This document shows positions 18,920 to 29,499 of a DNA stretch of 64,000 bases, piece after piece. Source of the stretch: a virus (taxonomy: Duplodnaviria > Caudoviricetes). The DNA is taken from positions 1,513 through 65,512 of IMG/VR virus record IMGVR_UViG_3300048592_001391; one strand, 5' to 3'. The notes below the pieces were generated by a model. The model saw nothing but the letters and a program-made list of their open reading frames with translations, made no database searches and was not told where the DNA came from. How positions within the stretch are numbered: the first letter of the stretch is position 1; each line of letters opens with the position of its first letter. The position numbers were made by a program, and so were the translations under genes.

Positions 18920-20884
18920 TTAATTCAGCAGCGCCATAAAATCAGGCGCTCCCAAACTAATCGTACAAATCTCATCCTGATACTGCGTGTGTGTCACAAC
19001 GGCCGTAAACCCATCACCCAACACATCATCCAAAAAGCTCTCCACCCGCAAGCGGTTCCCCGCCTGAATGTTGGCAGTCGGTATCTCCTGCCCTGCCCCC
19101 TTGCCCCGAATAAAGCCCATCACCCGAATGGGTGAGGTAATGGAGACCAGCGGGTCTTTGTGCGCCGCCAGATAGCTACGGCCGTAACTCACGGCCGTAG
19201 CCGAAAGCCCCTGCCCAATATCCAGTGGCGCCGCTACGTGCCGCTCCCCATACAGCGTAATACTCGTCGTGTCCTTCAGGTTCGCGTCGTCGTCGGGCGT
19301 CATCACTCGCGTACGGCCGTCCTCATCCTGGTACGTCACCACCACCCAATTGACAATCCGGTCATAGTCCACCTGAATCTCCACTGGCCCCAACAGGTTG
19401 TCATCGTCCAGGCGCAGCGCGTAGTCGTAGTCCGTCAGCGCCGGGTACTGAGCAATCTGCAACACCGGACGGCCGTTTGCCGTACTCCCGGATTCGCTGT
19501 GCAGCAGACGGCCGTACCAGGCGTTGTAGCTGCTGTCGCCATAGTCCAGCACCCGCGTCAGGACGGACGCCCAATTCTCGAAGCCATCCGTGATGAACGG
19601 CACAACTGCCAGCGTGTTGCTCCCCAAATATTGGGCATCACTACTTAGCACCCCGCTCAGGTTGTCAATCGCGTCCTGGGCTACGGCCGTAGGCGTAATG
19701 TTGCCCGTCTCGGAGTAGACCATCATGCTGCTCACCTGACCGTACACAGTGCCGTTACCGTGCCCGCGCTGTCTGGCCAGGCTCAAGAACTCCACGTAAA
19801 GCGCCTGTCTCGGCGTCACCAATGTGTGGTCTACGCTCCCCGTCCCGCTGGCCGTCACGCTCCACAATGTCGTGTTGCCCGTCCGGTCACGCAGTCGCAA
19901 GCTCCACGTCTGCAACTCGCCCACCGAAGCGCCAATGATCACCACATTGGCCGTCAACGAAGAAGAAGGTGTCATGCGTACCCAGTGCATACGCTGGCCC
20001 CCTATCGAGGTTTCCTCGTCCCAATCATCGGGAATCGTCCAGCTCATGTCGCCGTCTCGCGCCCATGTGCGCCCCGCCGAAGCCGTCCCATCTGTCACCG
20101 TCAGACTGACCCAGTTCGTGCCATCGAAATACTGCACAGTCATCGTTGCCGCTACGGAGTTCACCGTGCCGCCAAAGTCAAATCGCACAAGCGAGTACGG
20201 CCGTCGCGCCCCAATGTAGAAGTATTGCCCAGCTACCAAACTCACCGTTTGGGTGGTCGTTGTCAGCCCGTCAATGATGTTGTCCAAATCCGTCAGCGCA
20301 TTGTTCTGGCAACCAGCAGGCAACCAAACGGCCGTCTCGGCAAAGTCGTAGTTGAAGGTGATCCGCTTAATCGTCTCGCCGGTAGGCATCGTGTAGCTCA
20401 GCGCCCCTACCGTTGTCGCGTCCGGGTACTCCTCATCCGTAGGCGTGAAGCGCATCCGGTTCGTGCGGTCAATGCGGATCGAATCGAGGGTGGTCGTCGT
20501 GTCAATGCGCCACACATCGTCACTCATCCGGTTGTCCGCCCACCGCTTGTCAATCGTGCGCTTGCTTAGGATGCTGCCCCAATAGCCTACGGCCGTTAGC
20601 GTGTTGCCTTCCATGCTGTTGCTAATGGCGTAGCCCACAAATGAAATCTCGCCCTCCCACACCACATCAGAGCCATTCCACACCACAATCCGGTCGCCGC
20701 CCCGCCATACCGGGGGCAGTGTCACGTTGCGCGGAACAAACATCTGTAAACTGCCATACAGCCCACCGGGGAAGAAGGTCTCGAACCGTTCTATCTGCGC
20801 GTACTCCAACTCTCCGCTCAGGTCAGGGCGAGGGGTTGTGCTACGGCCGTTGAAAATCTGCACCGTCAGGCTGTTGTAGCGCAT
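18920..20884 (-). CDS. baseplate hub/Tal-like tail protein
   Basis: Follows Dit-like gene; VVWEGEI, IVNWVVVTY, SITLYGER motifs. Confidence 0.7.
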   Translation of the reverse strand: MRYNSLTVQIFNGRSTTPRPDLSGELEYAQIERFETFFPGGLYGSLQMFVPRNVTLPPVWRGGDRIVVWNGSDVVWEGEISFVGYAISNSMEGNTLTAVGYWGSILSKRTIDKRWADNRMSDDVWRIDTTTTLDSIRIDRTNRMRFTPTDEEYPDATTVGALSYTMPTGETIKRITFNYDFAETAVWLPAGCQNNALTDLDNIIDGLTTTTQTVSLVAGQYFYIGARRPYSLVRFDFGGTVNSVAATMTVQYFDGTNWVSLTVTDGTASAGRTWARDGDMSWTIPDDWDEETSIGGQRMHWVRMTPSSSLTANVVIIGASVGELQTWSLRLRDRTGNTTLWSVTASGTGSVDHTLVTPRQALYVEFLSLARQRGHGNGTVYGQVSSMMVYSETGNITPTAVAQDAIDNLSGVLSSDAQYLGSNTLAVVPFITDGFENWASVLTRVLDYGDSSYNAWYGRLLHSESGSTANGRPVLQIAQYPALTDYDYALRLDDDNLLGPVEIQVDYDRIVNWVVVTYQDEDGRTRVMTPDDDANLKDTTSITLYGERHVAAPLDIGQGLSATAVSYGRSYLAAHKDPLVSITSPIRVMGFIRGKGAGQEIPTANIQAGNRLRVESFLDDVLGDGFTAVVTHTQYQDEICTISLGAPDFMALLN

Positions 20885-23361
20885 TAGAGGCCTCCCCATC
20901 GTGGCGTCACGGTCACTGTCATCGTGGCCTCGTTGTCAATGTCGTCTTCTGGCCCATACAGCACCCACACATAGTTAAAGCCCGGCACAAGCTCAGCCTT
21001 GTCGCCCAACACTTGGTATGGGTCAGTTTGTATCCCGGTTGTTGGGCTTTTGGTGTAAGCACGGCCGTTCTCAATGACCACCGTGCCGCCGACAACTCCG
21101 CCAGGGGTGCGCAGTTCCATCAACTCGCCATTGGGTGTAAACACGTAGTCAATGTCCAATGACTGCCCGGGGGCCGTGTAACCGCCCAATCCCGCACCTA
21201 TAGACGCAAGATCGGCAATGTAGTTCTGGATCGAGATGCTTCCCACATAAAACAATCGCCAGCTAGTTGTAACGGACAATGCGCGTTGTGAACCGTAGAC
21301 GCTCTCTCCGCCCGTCGCTCCCATTGGTGCCGCATACAATGTGTAAGCCCCGGATGTCCCCTTGATCCGCACGAACACATGGATACGACCAACCGCCAAA
21401 TCTGGCCGATACGATCCGACGCCAGCAATCGTATCCATGCTCGTTGTTGTTACCGTTGTGATGTATTCGCCACCACTCGCATTGGCATCAGCAAAGAAAT
21501 TGTAGTCCGAATACCATTGCGGCGTTGCTCCGCCTGGTCTCACCACATTACTTGGAAATGTCAGGTGAACCCGCGCCAGATACATCCTTGTCGGGTTGCT
21601 GGTCGTCACATCCGTCTCAATCTCATACCGCGTCAGTGCATCCACATCCCCCGGTATGCTCCCGGCAATCGCCCAATTCTGGTGGGTGGTGTCGTCACAT
21701 CCCTCAATCACCCCGTCGCCACCCCGCGTCAGCAGGTACGGCGGCGGGCATAGCCCCATACGGAAATCATCAATCTCAATCGCCGCAGCCACGGCCGTAT
21801 AATCGGCCGTCACCTGCGTAGCATCCAACTCCTCGTCAAATATCGCCATGTCCAGAAAGGCGAAGTTGCCGCACGTAGTCACTGCCCCCGTGTGGTCTGT
21901 GCCAATGTACAAGTCGCCCACGTACTCAATCGGCGTGTCATTTGTGGTGATTGTCAGCGCCCCGTCTATGTACACCTTCGTTGCCGCCGCCGACCACACC
22001 ACATGGGCTACAATCACGTCGCCCACGGTAAAAGCGGCGGCGGCATTCGTATCCGCTCCCCCTACCGTCAACTGCCAGTTCCCCGCATTGAAGCGCAGGC
22101 GCAATGTCACCCCGCTACCGTCATACGATTCAAATACCACCGGCAGCGTCACCCCACCCAGGTTGTAATTCGCCTCAGTCGCCGCTACGCGGAACACGTA
22201 GCGCATAGCCCCTTCCCCCGGATTCAACACGCTCACGGGCAATTTCAGTTGCCCTGTTGTACGGGCAGATGAGCTATCGTTGTAGCCACTGCTCCACGCC
22301 GAATCAATCATGTCTCCGTAGCACAGGGAAGACGGGAAGTAGCCCAACTCCAACTGCACCCCGTCAATATGCACCCGCACAGCAGGCGGAACCAGCACCC
22401 CGAAGTTGCTCCCCACACTTAACCCGGTAGCAAATGCCGCCCACACCCGATACCAGCCATTGCCCACCGATTCATACACGGCCGCCAACACGGTCGGGTT
22501 GCCCACGTTGTCCTCAACAAATGGCTCCACTATCAAACTCGTCACCGCCCCACCATCCGGCAGCTTGGCATAGAAGGAGATCACATAGTCCGTGCCCAAC
22601 AGCGTAGGCGACTGGTAAAACCAATGGTCTGTCGTGTCCACATTCGTCAGCGACACGGCCGTATCGCCAAACAGCACATAGTCCGGGTTGCGGGTGCTGG
22701 ACGCAACCAGCTTGGAACTGGATGCTGTCCAGTCGTTGTCAAAGTCGGTCGCATGCCCAAATACCGGGTTGGTAATCAGGTTGGTCGTCCCCCGCGCCAC
22801 AATCACCCCCCGGCTTGCCGCGTCTGTTGTGCCTACCGTGTCTTCCAGAATCCCGTAACGGCCGTCAGCCAACCGCTGTGGCTGGCCCAACGCAAACGGC
22901 CGTAGGGTGCAAGAAATCATCACCAGTTCCAGTCGGTTGCGTATCGTGCCAATACCCCATTGGGCATCCGCCTGAAACGGTTGGGCATGAACAATCTCAA
23001 AGCGGCGCGTCGCCCCTGTCTGTCCCCAGGTTGGCTCTACCGTCAACGGCGAATCTGCATACTCGAAGTACAGCGGCGTGTTCCCCTGCCCCGCCAGCAG
23101 CAGGAAGCGTTGTAGCCGGTTCTTTGCCGACTGCATCTCTGCCCGTGATACCCCCCGTACCTGAATGGGCAGGGCATAGCCTGCATTGCTGCTGCGCTGG
23201 TCGAACTTGCGCCCACCACTATACCGGTCACGCATCCCCCCACTGGTCATCAATGGCTCCAGTACGGCCGTAGGTGGCACAAAGCTCTCATCCAGCCGGT
23301 AATTGCCTGTTGTCAGGTCAAGGTACTTATCTGCGTAGCTAAATCTCGCAATAACAGTCAT
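20884..23361 (-). CDS. distal tail (Dit-like) protein with carbohydrate-binding/LamG insertions
   Basis: Directly after tape measure; TNLITNPVF, GNGWYRVW, DGVQLELG, C-terminal ELVPGFN...VTVTPRW. Confidence 0.7.
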   Translation of the reverse strand: MTVIARFSYADKYLDLTTGNYRLDESFVPPTAVLEPLMTSGGMRDRYSGGRKFDQRSSNAGYALPIQVRGVSRAEMQSAKNRLQRFLLLAGQGNTPLYFEYADSPLTVEPTWGQTGATRRFEIVHAQPFQADAQWGIGTIRNRLELVMISCTLRPFALGQPQRLADGRYGILEDTVGTTDAASRGVIVARGTTNLITNPVFGHATDFDNDWTASSSKLVASSTRNPDYVLFGDTAVSLTNVDTTDHWFYQSPTLLGTDYVISFYAKLPDGGAVTSLIVEPFVEDNVGNPTVLAAVYESVGNGWYRVWAAFATGLSVGSNFGVLVPPAVRVHIDGVQLELGYFPSSLCYGDMIDSAWSSGYNDSSSARTTGQLKLPVSVLNPGEGAMRYVFRVAATEANYNLGGVTLPVVFESYDGSGVTLRLRFNAGNWQLTVGGADTNAAAAFTVGDVIVAHVVWSAAATKVYIDGALTITTNDTPIEYVGDLYIGTDHTGAVTTCGNFAFLDMAIFDEELDATQVTADYTAVAAAIEIDDFRMGLCPPPYLLTRGGDGVIEGCDDTTHQNWAIAGSIPGDVDALTRYEIETDVTTSNPTRMYLARVHLTFPSNVVRPGGATPQWYSDYNFFADANASGGEYITTVTTTSMDTIAGVGSYRPDLAVGRIHVFVRIKGTSGAYTLYAAPMGATGGESVYGSQRALSVTTSWRLFYVGSISIQNYIADLASIGAGLGGYTAPGQSLDIDYVFTPNGELMELRTPGGVVGGTVVIENGRAYTKSPTTGIQTDPYQVLGDKAELVPGFNYVWVLYGPEDDIDNEATMTVTVTPRWGGL

Positions 23362-23362
23362 C

Positions 23363-26152
23363 TTATCTCCCGGCCATCCCTGCGCCCGAAGCGGCCGTCA
23401 CGCGGCGCATGTTGCCCAACCGCCAGGCCACCCGGTCGCCCAACGCCGCCTCATTCATTCCCGGCGCCGCATTGACCGTAATCGGTGCATTGATGCTCGT
23501 GCCGCTGCCTACCATGCCGCTTTGGGCAGACTGGTGCAGCGATTCCAAATAATCCAGCCCCAACGCCGCTACGGCCGGGGCGCTGAATACATATTCCTGC
23601 CCATGCACATACCCTACAATGTCGTCAGCCCGTCCGCCTGTGAACCCACCAGAAGCAAAGGCCACACCACCATCGGTAATATTCACGTCCTCGGGGCTGA
23701 CACCGGGCGGCAGGGTAAAGCCGCTCATGTCGGTCTTGAACGTGTAGGTGAAGTTCTTGGACTCTGGCAGGTTGTTGATGCCCTCAGCCAGCGCCAATGC
23801 CGCCTCCTTGCCTTCCAGCATCCGAATGTTGGCCGCGTCCACATTCTGCGCCAGGTAGATCGCCTTGTCTGCTGCGTCCGCCTCGCCCGACTGCAAGAAG
23901 CCCAACGCCTGTACTGCGTCGTCAGCCGTCAGCGAACCCTCAGCCACCGCTTCCGCCAATAGCTGGATGTTGTTCTGCATGACGGCCGCTTGAAACGCCG
24001 CCTCGATCTCTGCATCCGTAAAGTCACCGGTCGCGGCGGCAAGGATAGCCAATGCTTCTGGCCCCGCTCCCGCCGCTGTTGCCGATTCATACAGGGATTG
24101 GGTCAGGGCGTCCGTGTTCCACACCGCCTCATTGGTAACAGCGATAACCTCGCCGGTCACATCGGTCAGTGGTTGCATCGCGCCTTCCAGTTGCGCCATG
24201 CGGTCTATCTGTTCCTGAATCTTCTCGGCTCGTTCTTCTTCCGTCAGGCCAAGCCCGGCCACGCCAATCTGGTAGTCGGTCAGGCTTTCCTGTGCCTTTG
24301 CATACTCATCCCGCAAATCGGAAAGCACACGCTCTTGGTCAGATGTACGGCCGTTGGTCGTGTAGTAGCTCGTGCCCAGGTCGGATATAGCTTTTGTGTA
24401 TAGACCGACCTCATCCTTTGCATCCAGCGTGGAGGAGAACAAGCCGCCCATTGCCGCCTGATGCTCTCGCGCCGCTTCCGCCGCCAGCCGGTCAGCTTCC
24501 GCCTTTGCTTCGGTGTCAGCCTTGAGCTGGGCAATCACCGCGTCCAGATGTTCCTGATGCCCGGCCAATTCGCCCGAGGCATAGGCCATCTCTTCCATCT
24601 CGCGGGTATCCATCTCCGTGTAATGGCCGTAATCTCCCATCACGACATTCAAATCGCGCAAGGTTTCTTCGTAGCTCTTTGTCTCTACAGCTAGAGGCTC
24701 CAGGGCGTTGGTCGCCATGTTGAAGTAATGGTCAGGTGCGCCGCCAAGAACTTCCTGTTGTGCCTGCCCAAACTTCGCCATCGCAATGGCAGCAGCGGCC
24801 AACTCCTCCGATGTCCCCTTGAACCCTGCTTGCAGCAGCAATACGGCCGCATCTGTGCGGCGGGCCAGCTCGTCGGCTCTCACCATCGAATCGCGCCAGA
24901 ACCCGTTACCTTCGCCTAGCGCATTAACGGTACGCAGAGCGCCTTGTGCGGAGTACCCGTAATCATCCAGAGCCTCTGCCGATGTGTTGATCTGATTACG
25001 CAGAGCTATATCGGACGCAAGGTAATCCGTTACGGCCGTCCTCAGCTTTAGCCAACCCTGTTGGGCGGGTTCTAAAGTTTTCCCGGTTTCAATGCGCAAC
25101 GCCTCGGCACTAGCAGCGGCCTTGTCCTCCATGTGCTGCATACTATCGGCCATTTCCGCAGCGGCTTTGGCCGTCGCGCCCATCGTGTCGGCCGTCGTGC
25201 CAAAGGTCTCAATGATATTCAAGCCGGTCTGGTTGGTGATACCCAACACAGCGTTCGATGCTTCCACCGACCCAAACAGGTCACGGAACTCTTGCTCTGG
25301 CATGGAATCCCGAAGCTCGGAGAACACCTGCACGCTGCTCTTGCCGCTCTTCATCAAATTGGCAAACGTATCACCGTGTAGCTGGCGGATTGCCCGATCC
25401 AGCTTTGTACCACTCTGCGAAGCCTCAATAAACGCTTGCCGTAGCTGGGTTGTGGCTACACTCGTCGGTGTGCCTTGCGCGGTTAGCGCCGCCAGTGATG
25501 CGGCCACATCATCGAAGCCCACACCCAACGAAGCGGCCGTCGGAATCACATTGAATAGCGAAGCCGATAGCTGCTCAAAGTCGGTCTTGCCCAGCTTGAC
25601 GGCCGTAAACATCACGTCCGACGCCTGTTGCACCGAGATGACCTCAGTGCCGTAGGCATTGACAACGCTGGTCAGGCCATCTACGGCCGTCTCCAAGTCT
25701 GTCACACCGCCAAGCGCGGCGTCACTGGCAACCTGCATAAACTCAAATACGTTCTCAGACGGCACACCCGCAGAGATAGACTGGTACAGCGCCGGTATCG
25801 TCTCGTCCGTCACACGGCCGACACTGCGCGAGAACTCCATGATGTCGGCTTCCATCTGCTTGGACGCAGACGCCGACATATCCGGCATGAGGGTGAATAC
25901 CTCACGCATCCCCCGGTCAAACGCCTTGAACTCCTCCAAACTCTGACGGCCGAACTCGGCCATCGCCATAGCCGCTGCACCAGCAGCAGCCACAGCCACC
26001 CCACCCATGACGCCCTTGACCACACCGCCGAAGTCCGTTACAGACTTCTTGGTGTCATCCGTATTCTTTTTGATCTTCTCAGTCTCTTTGCGGTACTGAT
26101 CCGTCTCTGCTTTCAGGATGACGCGCAGTGTCGCCAGGGTTAATGTTTGCAT
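23363..26152 (-). CDS. tail tape measure protein (TP901-like)
   Basis: 929 aa, Ala-rich helical; ALYQSISAG, AVKLGKTDFEQL, FASGGFTGG...VHGQEYV. Confidence 0.93.
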   Translation of the reverse strand: MQTLTLATLRVILKAETDQYRKETEKIKKNTDDTKKSVTDFGGVVKGVMGGVAVAAAGAAAMAMAEFGRQSLEEFKAFDRGMREVFTLMPDMSASASKQMEADIMEFSRSVGRVTDETIPALYQSISAGVPSENVFEFMQVASDAALGGVTDLETAVDGLTSVVNAYGTEVISVQQASDVMFTAVKLGKTDFEQLSASLFNVIPTAASLGVGFDDVAASLAALTAQGTPTSVATTQLRQAFIEASQSGTKLDRAIRQLHGDTFANLMKSGKSSVQVFSELRDSMPEQEFRDLFGSVEASNAVLGITNQTGLNIIETFGTTADTMGATAKAAAEMADSMQHMEDKAAASAEALRIETGKTLEPAQQGWLKLRTAVTDYLASDIALRNQINTSAEALDDYGYSAQGALRTVNALGEGNGFWRDSMVRADELARRTDAAVLLLQAGFKGTSEELAAAAIAMAKFGQAQQEVLGGAPDHYFNMATNALEPLAVETKSYEETLRDLNVVMGDYGHYTEMDTREMEEMAYASGELAGHQEHLDAVIAQLKADTEAKAEADRLAAEAAREHQAAMGGLFSSTLDAKDEVGLYTKAISDLGTSYYTTNGRTSDQERVLSDLRDEYAKAQESLTDYQIGVAGLGLTEEERAEKIQEQIDRMAQLEGAMQPLTDVTGEVIAVTNEAVWNTDALTQSLYESATAAGAGPEALAILAAATGDFTDAEIEAAFQAAVMQNNIQLLAEAVAEGSLTADDAVQALGFLQSGEADAADKAIYLAQNVDAANIRMLEGKEAALALAEGINNLPESKNFTYTFKTDMSGFTLPPGVSPEDVNITDGGVAFASGGFTGGRADDIVGYVHGQEYVFSAPAVAALGLDYLESLHQSAQSGMVGSGTSINAPITVNAAPGMNEAALGDRVAWRLGNMRRVTAASGAGMAGR

Positions 26153-26516
26153 TTAGTTCCCCACAATGGCGTGTCCAATGACCGCCGCTTTCAGCATCTT
26201 GTACAACTCACTTGGGGTCTTCTGCCGTCCCGGTGTCGAATCCGGGTACATCAGCTTTTCCATCTTCAGCCAGCGCGGATGACGTACATGGGTAGCCAGC
26301 ATCGTGTTGCCTATCGTGGTCGCTACCATCGCCGCGTTCCAGTCGGCGCGGTTCTGCCGGTAACGCGCTGAGAAGAGCAGTGGTTCCAGGTTGGCAAAGG
26401 CAATCCACTCATACAGCAGGCTCATGGGCATCTCGTCTTCCAGCCGGTCTATATCCCACTCCCCGCACATTGATCCCAACTGGAAGAGGAAGCGGCGGTA
26501 CGGGGAGTTGGCTAGT
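26153..26516 (-). CDS. tail assembly chaperone, frameshifted (gpT-like) part
   Basis: Open -1 frame KLANSPYRRFLFQLGSMCGEW...LLYEWIAF immediately before tape measure. Confidence 0.8.
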
Positions 26517-26955
26517 TTTTTTCCGCGTTGCTCACCGCGCCTGTACCATTGAGCGCGTCCGCCTTGCCAGAAAGCCGTATAGCCGCCAGCGCAATCCGGT
26601 TAATCGCTTCCCGGTAGGCAATCGGCAAGTTGCTCACGGTTTCAATGGCTTCAACGGCCGTCTCACCGAATACCATATTGCCCTCATCGTCTTGGGCGCA
26701 GACGGCCGTAAAGTAGAACGCGGCATCTGCCCCCGGTCGCCGCGATTCTTGGTAGCCCTTCCCGTTCGCGTTCGGGCGCAGGTCAAACAGGTACAGATTC
26801 ATGGCGTGTTGCTCTTTGACTGTCAGCCCACGCACATGCACCACCAGCGGTTCTCCCTGCTCATCAACGCCAAACTCAGGCACTTCCACGACCTCCGTCT
26901 TGTGGGTAGGCAATTGGCGAATTGCAGCAAGGTTCAGTATGGTTTTTTTACTCAT
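26512..26955 (-). CDS. tail assembly chaperone (gpG-like)
   Basis: EVVEVPEFG...VHVRGLT; ends AEKN-stop. Confidence 0.85.
   Translation of the reverse strand: MSKKTILNLAAIRQLPTHKTEVVEVPEFGVDEQGEPLVVHVRGLTVKEQHAMNLYLFDLRPNANGKGYQESRRPGADAAFYFTAVCAQDDEGNMVFGETAVEAIETVSNLPIAYREAINRIALAAIRLSGKADALNGTGAVSNAEKN
26515..26524 (-). other. programmed -1 frameshift slippery site
   Basis: G GAA AAA AAC TAG at the end of gpG; -1 frame continues into 26153. Confidence 0.85.
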
Positions 26956-27003
26956 GTCCCTTTCCTTATATAGAAGGGGCGGGTATTACCCCGCCCTCAC
27001 TCA

Positions 27004-27414
27004 CTAGCTGATGGTCGGTGCGCCGGTCGGGTGCAGCGTCACCGTTGCCTTGTAGATGTCCTCTTGGGCAAAGATGCGGCTGATCCGCTCGATATGCACT
27101 TCCATCGAAATGGTCTCGTCGCCGTCCGGGTCGGTCACCGTGAAGGTAACGGGGGTCTCCGAATTGAACGCGGTCACGATAGCCCCATGGGTCGTCTCGC
27201 TCGTGTCCCAGGCCAGCGTCACGGTAATCGGGTCAATGCGCCGTTTCCCGGTGTCTGTCGCTTCGTAGAAGCCATCCGTGCTGTCATGCGCGGTAGATTC
27301 CGCGATGTACTTCATCAGCGAAACCTCAGGTAAGTCCAGCACAGAAGCCAGCGCGGTCGGGGTGGAAGATACATCAATCTGTACAGCAATTCCAAAAGAG
27401 CCTTGTGCGGCCAT
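27004..27414 (-). CDS. major tail (tube) protein
   Basis: ESTAHDSTDGFYE..TGKR, ATVTLHPTGAPTI; position before chaperones. Confidence 0.85.
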   Translation of the reverse strand: MAAQGSFGIAVQIDVSSTPTALASVLDLPEVSLMKYIAESTAHDSTDGFYEATDTGKRRIDPITVTLAWDTSETTHGAIVTAFNSETPVTFTVTDPDGDETISMEVHIERISRIFAQEDIYKATVTLHPTGAPTIS

Positions 27415-27650
27415 TAGCTATTCTCCTTAGCCCGCTGGCGTTTCCCGCTGGCAGGGCGTTGATTGTTTAATCTTGCTACGTGGTTGAGCATGTAGCGCAG
27501 GTGTGGCGTCTTGAATCCTGTTTGGGTAGCCACATAGTAGGTACGGCCGTTCTCGGTGACGGCCGTGTAATCAGCAGGTACGGCCGTAGGCGTCTCGGCT
27601 GGTGGTGTTACGGCCGTTGGTTCGACGGCGGGTTGTTCGGGTTCGCTCAT
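27414..27650 (-). CDS. hypothetical protein
   Basis: Coupled ORF with repeated PTAV. Confidence 0.5.
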   Translation of the reverse strand: MSEPEQPAVEPTAVTPPAETPTAVPADYTAVTENGRTYYVATQTGFKTPHLRYMLNHVARLNNQRPASGKRQRAKENS

Positions 27651-27973
27651 CTCGGTTTCTCCTGCACAAATCGCAGCATGATGCTGTTCGCCGCGTCCTT
27701 GCCGACAAGCTCTTTCAAGCCGCGCATCGTGCGCGGAATCTGCGCTATGCTCGTAATCCCGGCCTCGTGTAATGCGTCACGCGCCGGGAAGTCGGATGGC
27801 AGTCCTTGAGCATAGCCACCCGCCTGCGCCGCCTGTTCCATCGCCTCACGGTAATAAACCGTTACCGGCATTAGCTCCAATCGCAGGGAGTACAGGTGGT
27901 CCCGAATCTCCGCCAGCATCGAGAGCATCAAGGCGCTTGTGTCCACTTCCGTTACAGTCTCGTTATCTACCAT
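27647..27973 (-). CDS. hypothetical protein (HhH-like C-terminus)
   Basis: LPSDFPARDALHEAGITSIAQI. Confidence 0.55.
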   Translation of the reverse strand: MVDNETVTEVDTSALMLSMLAEIRDHLYSLRLELMPVTVYYREAMEQAAQAGGYAQGLPSDFPARDALHEAGITSIAQIPRTMRGLKELVGKDAANSIMLRFVQEKPR

Positions 27974-27975
27974 TG

Positions 27976-28371
27976 CTACACACTCACATACTTGGACACA
28001 CGCACATTAAAGCCAAACTCCGCCCGTTCATTGGCGTCTCGCCGCAAGTAGTACGGCGCTTGATACGGCCGTACCAGCAGGTAGCGCGTACCCGACAGGT
28101 CGGTATTGGAAAGGTGCATGGATGTGTAAATCGCCTCAATCAGATTGCGCCCGGTGGCATAGTCCGCCGCCCGTACATTCACCTGCACATTCGGGTACTC
28201 CACCATTGGCGTTGCTTCGTCATGCGCGTAGGTTCCCGGCAATCCTGTGTACTCATACAGCGCCACGGCCGTATTTGGTGCTTCTGGCATACGGCCGATG
28301 AAGATGGATGTACCCACCACACCGTGCCCCTCAGTCTCCAGATAAGCCGCCAGTTCCGTTAGGACTGTCAT
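27976..28371 (-). CDS. tail terminator (minor capsid family)
   Basis: IFIGRMPEAP, YPNVQVNVRA, RDANERAEFGFN. Confidence 0.8.
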   Translation of the reverse strand: MTVLTELAAYLETEGHGVVGTSIFIGRMPEAPNTAVALYEYTGLPGTYAHDEATPMVEYPNVQVNVRAADYATGRNLIEAIYTSMHLSNTDLSGTRYLLVRPYQAPYYLRRDANERAEFGFNVRVSKYVSV

Positions 28372-28745
28372 GGTCTCACCGAAATCCTGTCTGCCATACG
28401 GCCAGCCATGCCATTGGCTCGTTCCATCACCGGGGTAATCAGGTACTTGGCCTGACCGGTCGTGTGCTGGTAGTTCATGTTCTCGTGCTGAATCAGCGCA
28501 TAAGCCGCCGCTGGCCCACCGAAGCCCATAAGGACGCTTGCCGTACTGCCCTGAATATCGGGCTGCTGCACAAACCCACTGCTGCGCAAGATGCCCTGAT
28601 CCACCGGCACGTACTTCTCTTTGGAGAGGGTCATCATCTCCTCGGCCTCACGGTAAAGCTCCTGCGCCAGTCGGTCAGGCATGACGGCATTCAGCCGGTC
28701 AATGGCTGCGTACAGCTTTTCTTCGCCCACAAACTCTACGCTCAT
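28368..28745 (-). CDS. HK97 gp10-like neck/tail completion protein
   Basis: VPVDQGILRSSG, YALIQHE, GQAKYL. Confidence 0.8.
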   Translation of the reverse strand: MSVEFVGEEKLYAAIDRLNAVMPDRLAQELYREAEEMMTLSKEKYVPVDQGILRSSGFVQQPDIQGSTASVLMGFGGPAAAYALIQHENMNYQHTTGQAKYLITPVMERANGMAGRMADRISVRP

Positions 28746-29059
28746 GTGTAGACCACCTCGTGATGGTCGCCGTTCTCGTCCGGGTATCGCTCCACCCGGA
28801 GAATTTGCGGCGTTGTGCCGTCTGGCATGGTGATCTGTGCCTGCGTGGAGATGTCGGGAGCGCCGTAGATGTACACCTGCTGGGAGCTAATCACCTCGCG
28901 CCCTTCCGCATTCAGCACCCGGCGAATCTTTCCCACCACCCGCGCCCGATGCGACACGGCCGTACCATAGGCAGGTTCGGCAAAGTCGTTGTGCCCGGTC
29001 AGTGGCGCAATCGTCACCGTTTGGGTCATTAGCTCGAGGAAGTCGCTCTCAATCGTCAT
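28742..29059 (-). CDS. head closure (stopper) protein
   Basis: MTQTVTI...ARVVGKIRRV...ITMPDG; position. Confidence 0.75.
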   Translation of the reverse strand: MTIESDFLELMTQTVTIAPLTGHNDFAEPAYGTAVSHRARVVGKIRRVLNAEGREVISSQQVYIYGAPDISTQAQITMPDGTTPQILRVERYPDENGDHHEVVYT

Positions 29060-29064
29060 GGGCG

Positions 29065-29496
29065 TTACAAGGCCGGGTTGTCGTCGTCGGCGCTAACCAT
29101 CTCATCCACACTATCTAGATCACGGGTAAAGGCCGGGGGTACACGGTCGTCGTCCTGCTCTCGTGCCAGTTTGTCACTCAGGCTAATCCCACCCGCAAAC
29201 GGCACGGCCGTAATTGCCACCTTCCGCTTCAGGGTTGCAACCAGCTTGGCGTAATGCTCCACGCGCTGACTGTAGGAGATACGCAAATCCCCTACAGCTT
29301 TGTCCACCTTACGCGCATACTTCGCCATCACAGCCTCAGCCGCCGCAATCGCCGCGCCATTCACGCTGCCGTGTGCCGATAGCAAGTAATTGATCTCGGC
29401 ATCCTGCAACTGTTGGTCATCGGCGTCCGTGTCCCCAATGAGGAAACGAACGGCGTCCAGGTCGCGGCTTTGCGGGTTTCCGGTGTAAGTCCACAT
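29065..29496 (-). CDS. head-tail adaptor
   Basis: AVRFLIGDTD...LQDAEINYLL, VGDLRISYSQ. Confidence 0.8.
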   Translation of the reverse strand: MWTYTGNPQSRDLDAVRFLIGDTDADDQQLQDAEINYLLSAHGSVNGAAIAAAEAVMAKYARKVDKAVGDLRISYSQRVEHYAKLVATLKRKVAITAVPFAGGISLSDKLAREQDDDRVPPAFTRDLDSVDEMVSADDDNPAL

Positions 29497-29499
29497 GGG

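Noticed and set aside
26512-26524. Tail chaperone -1 frameshift as a novelty
   Set aside because: Real, but a well-known conserved feature of long-tailed phages; listed as a feature only
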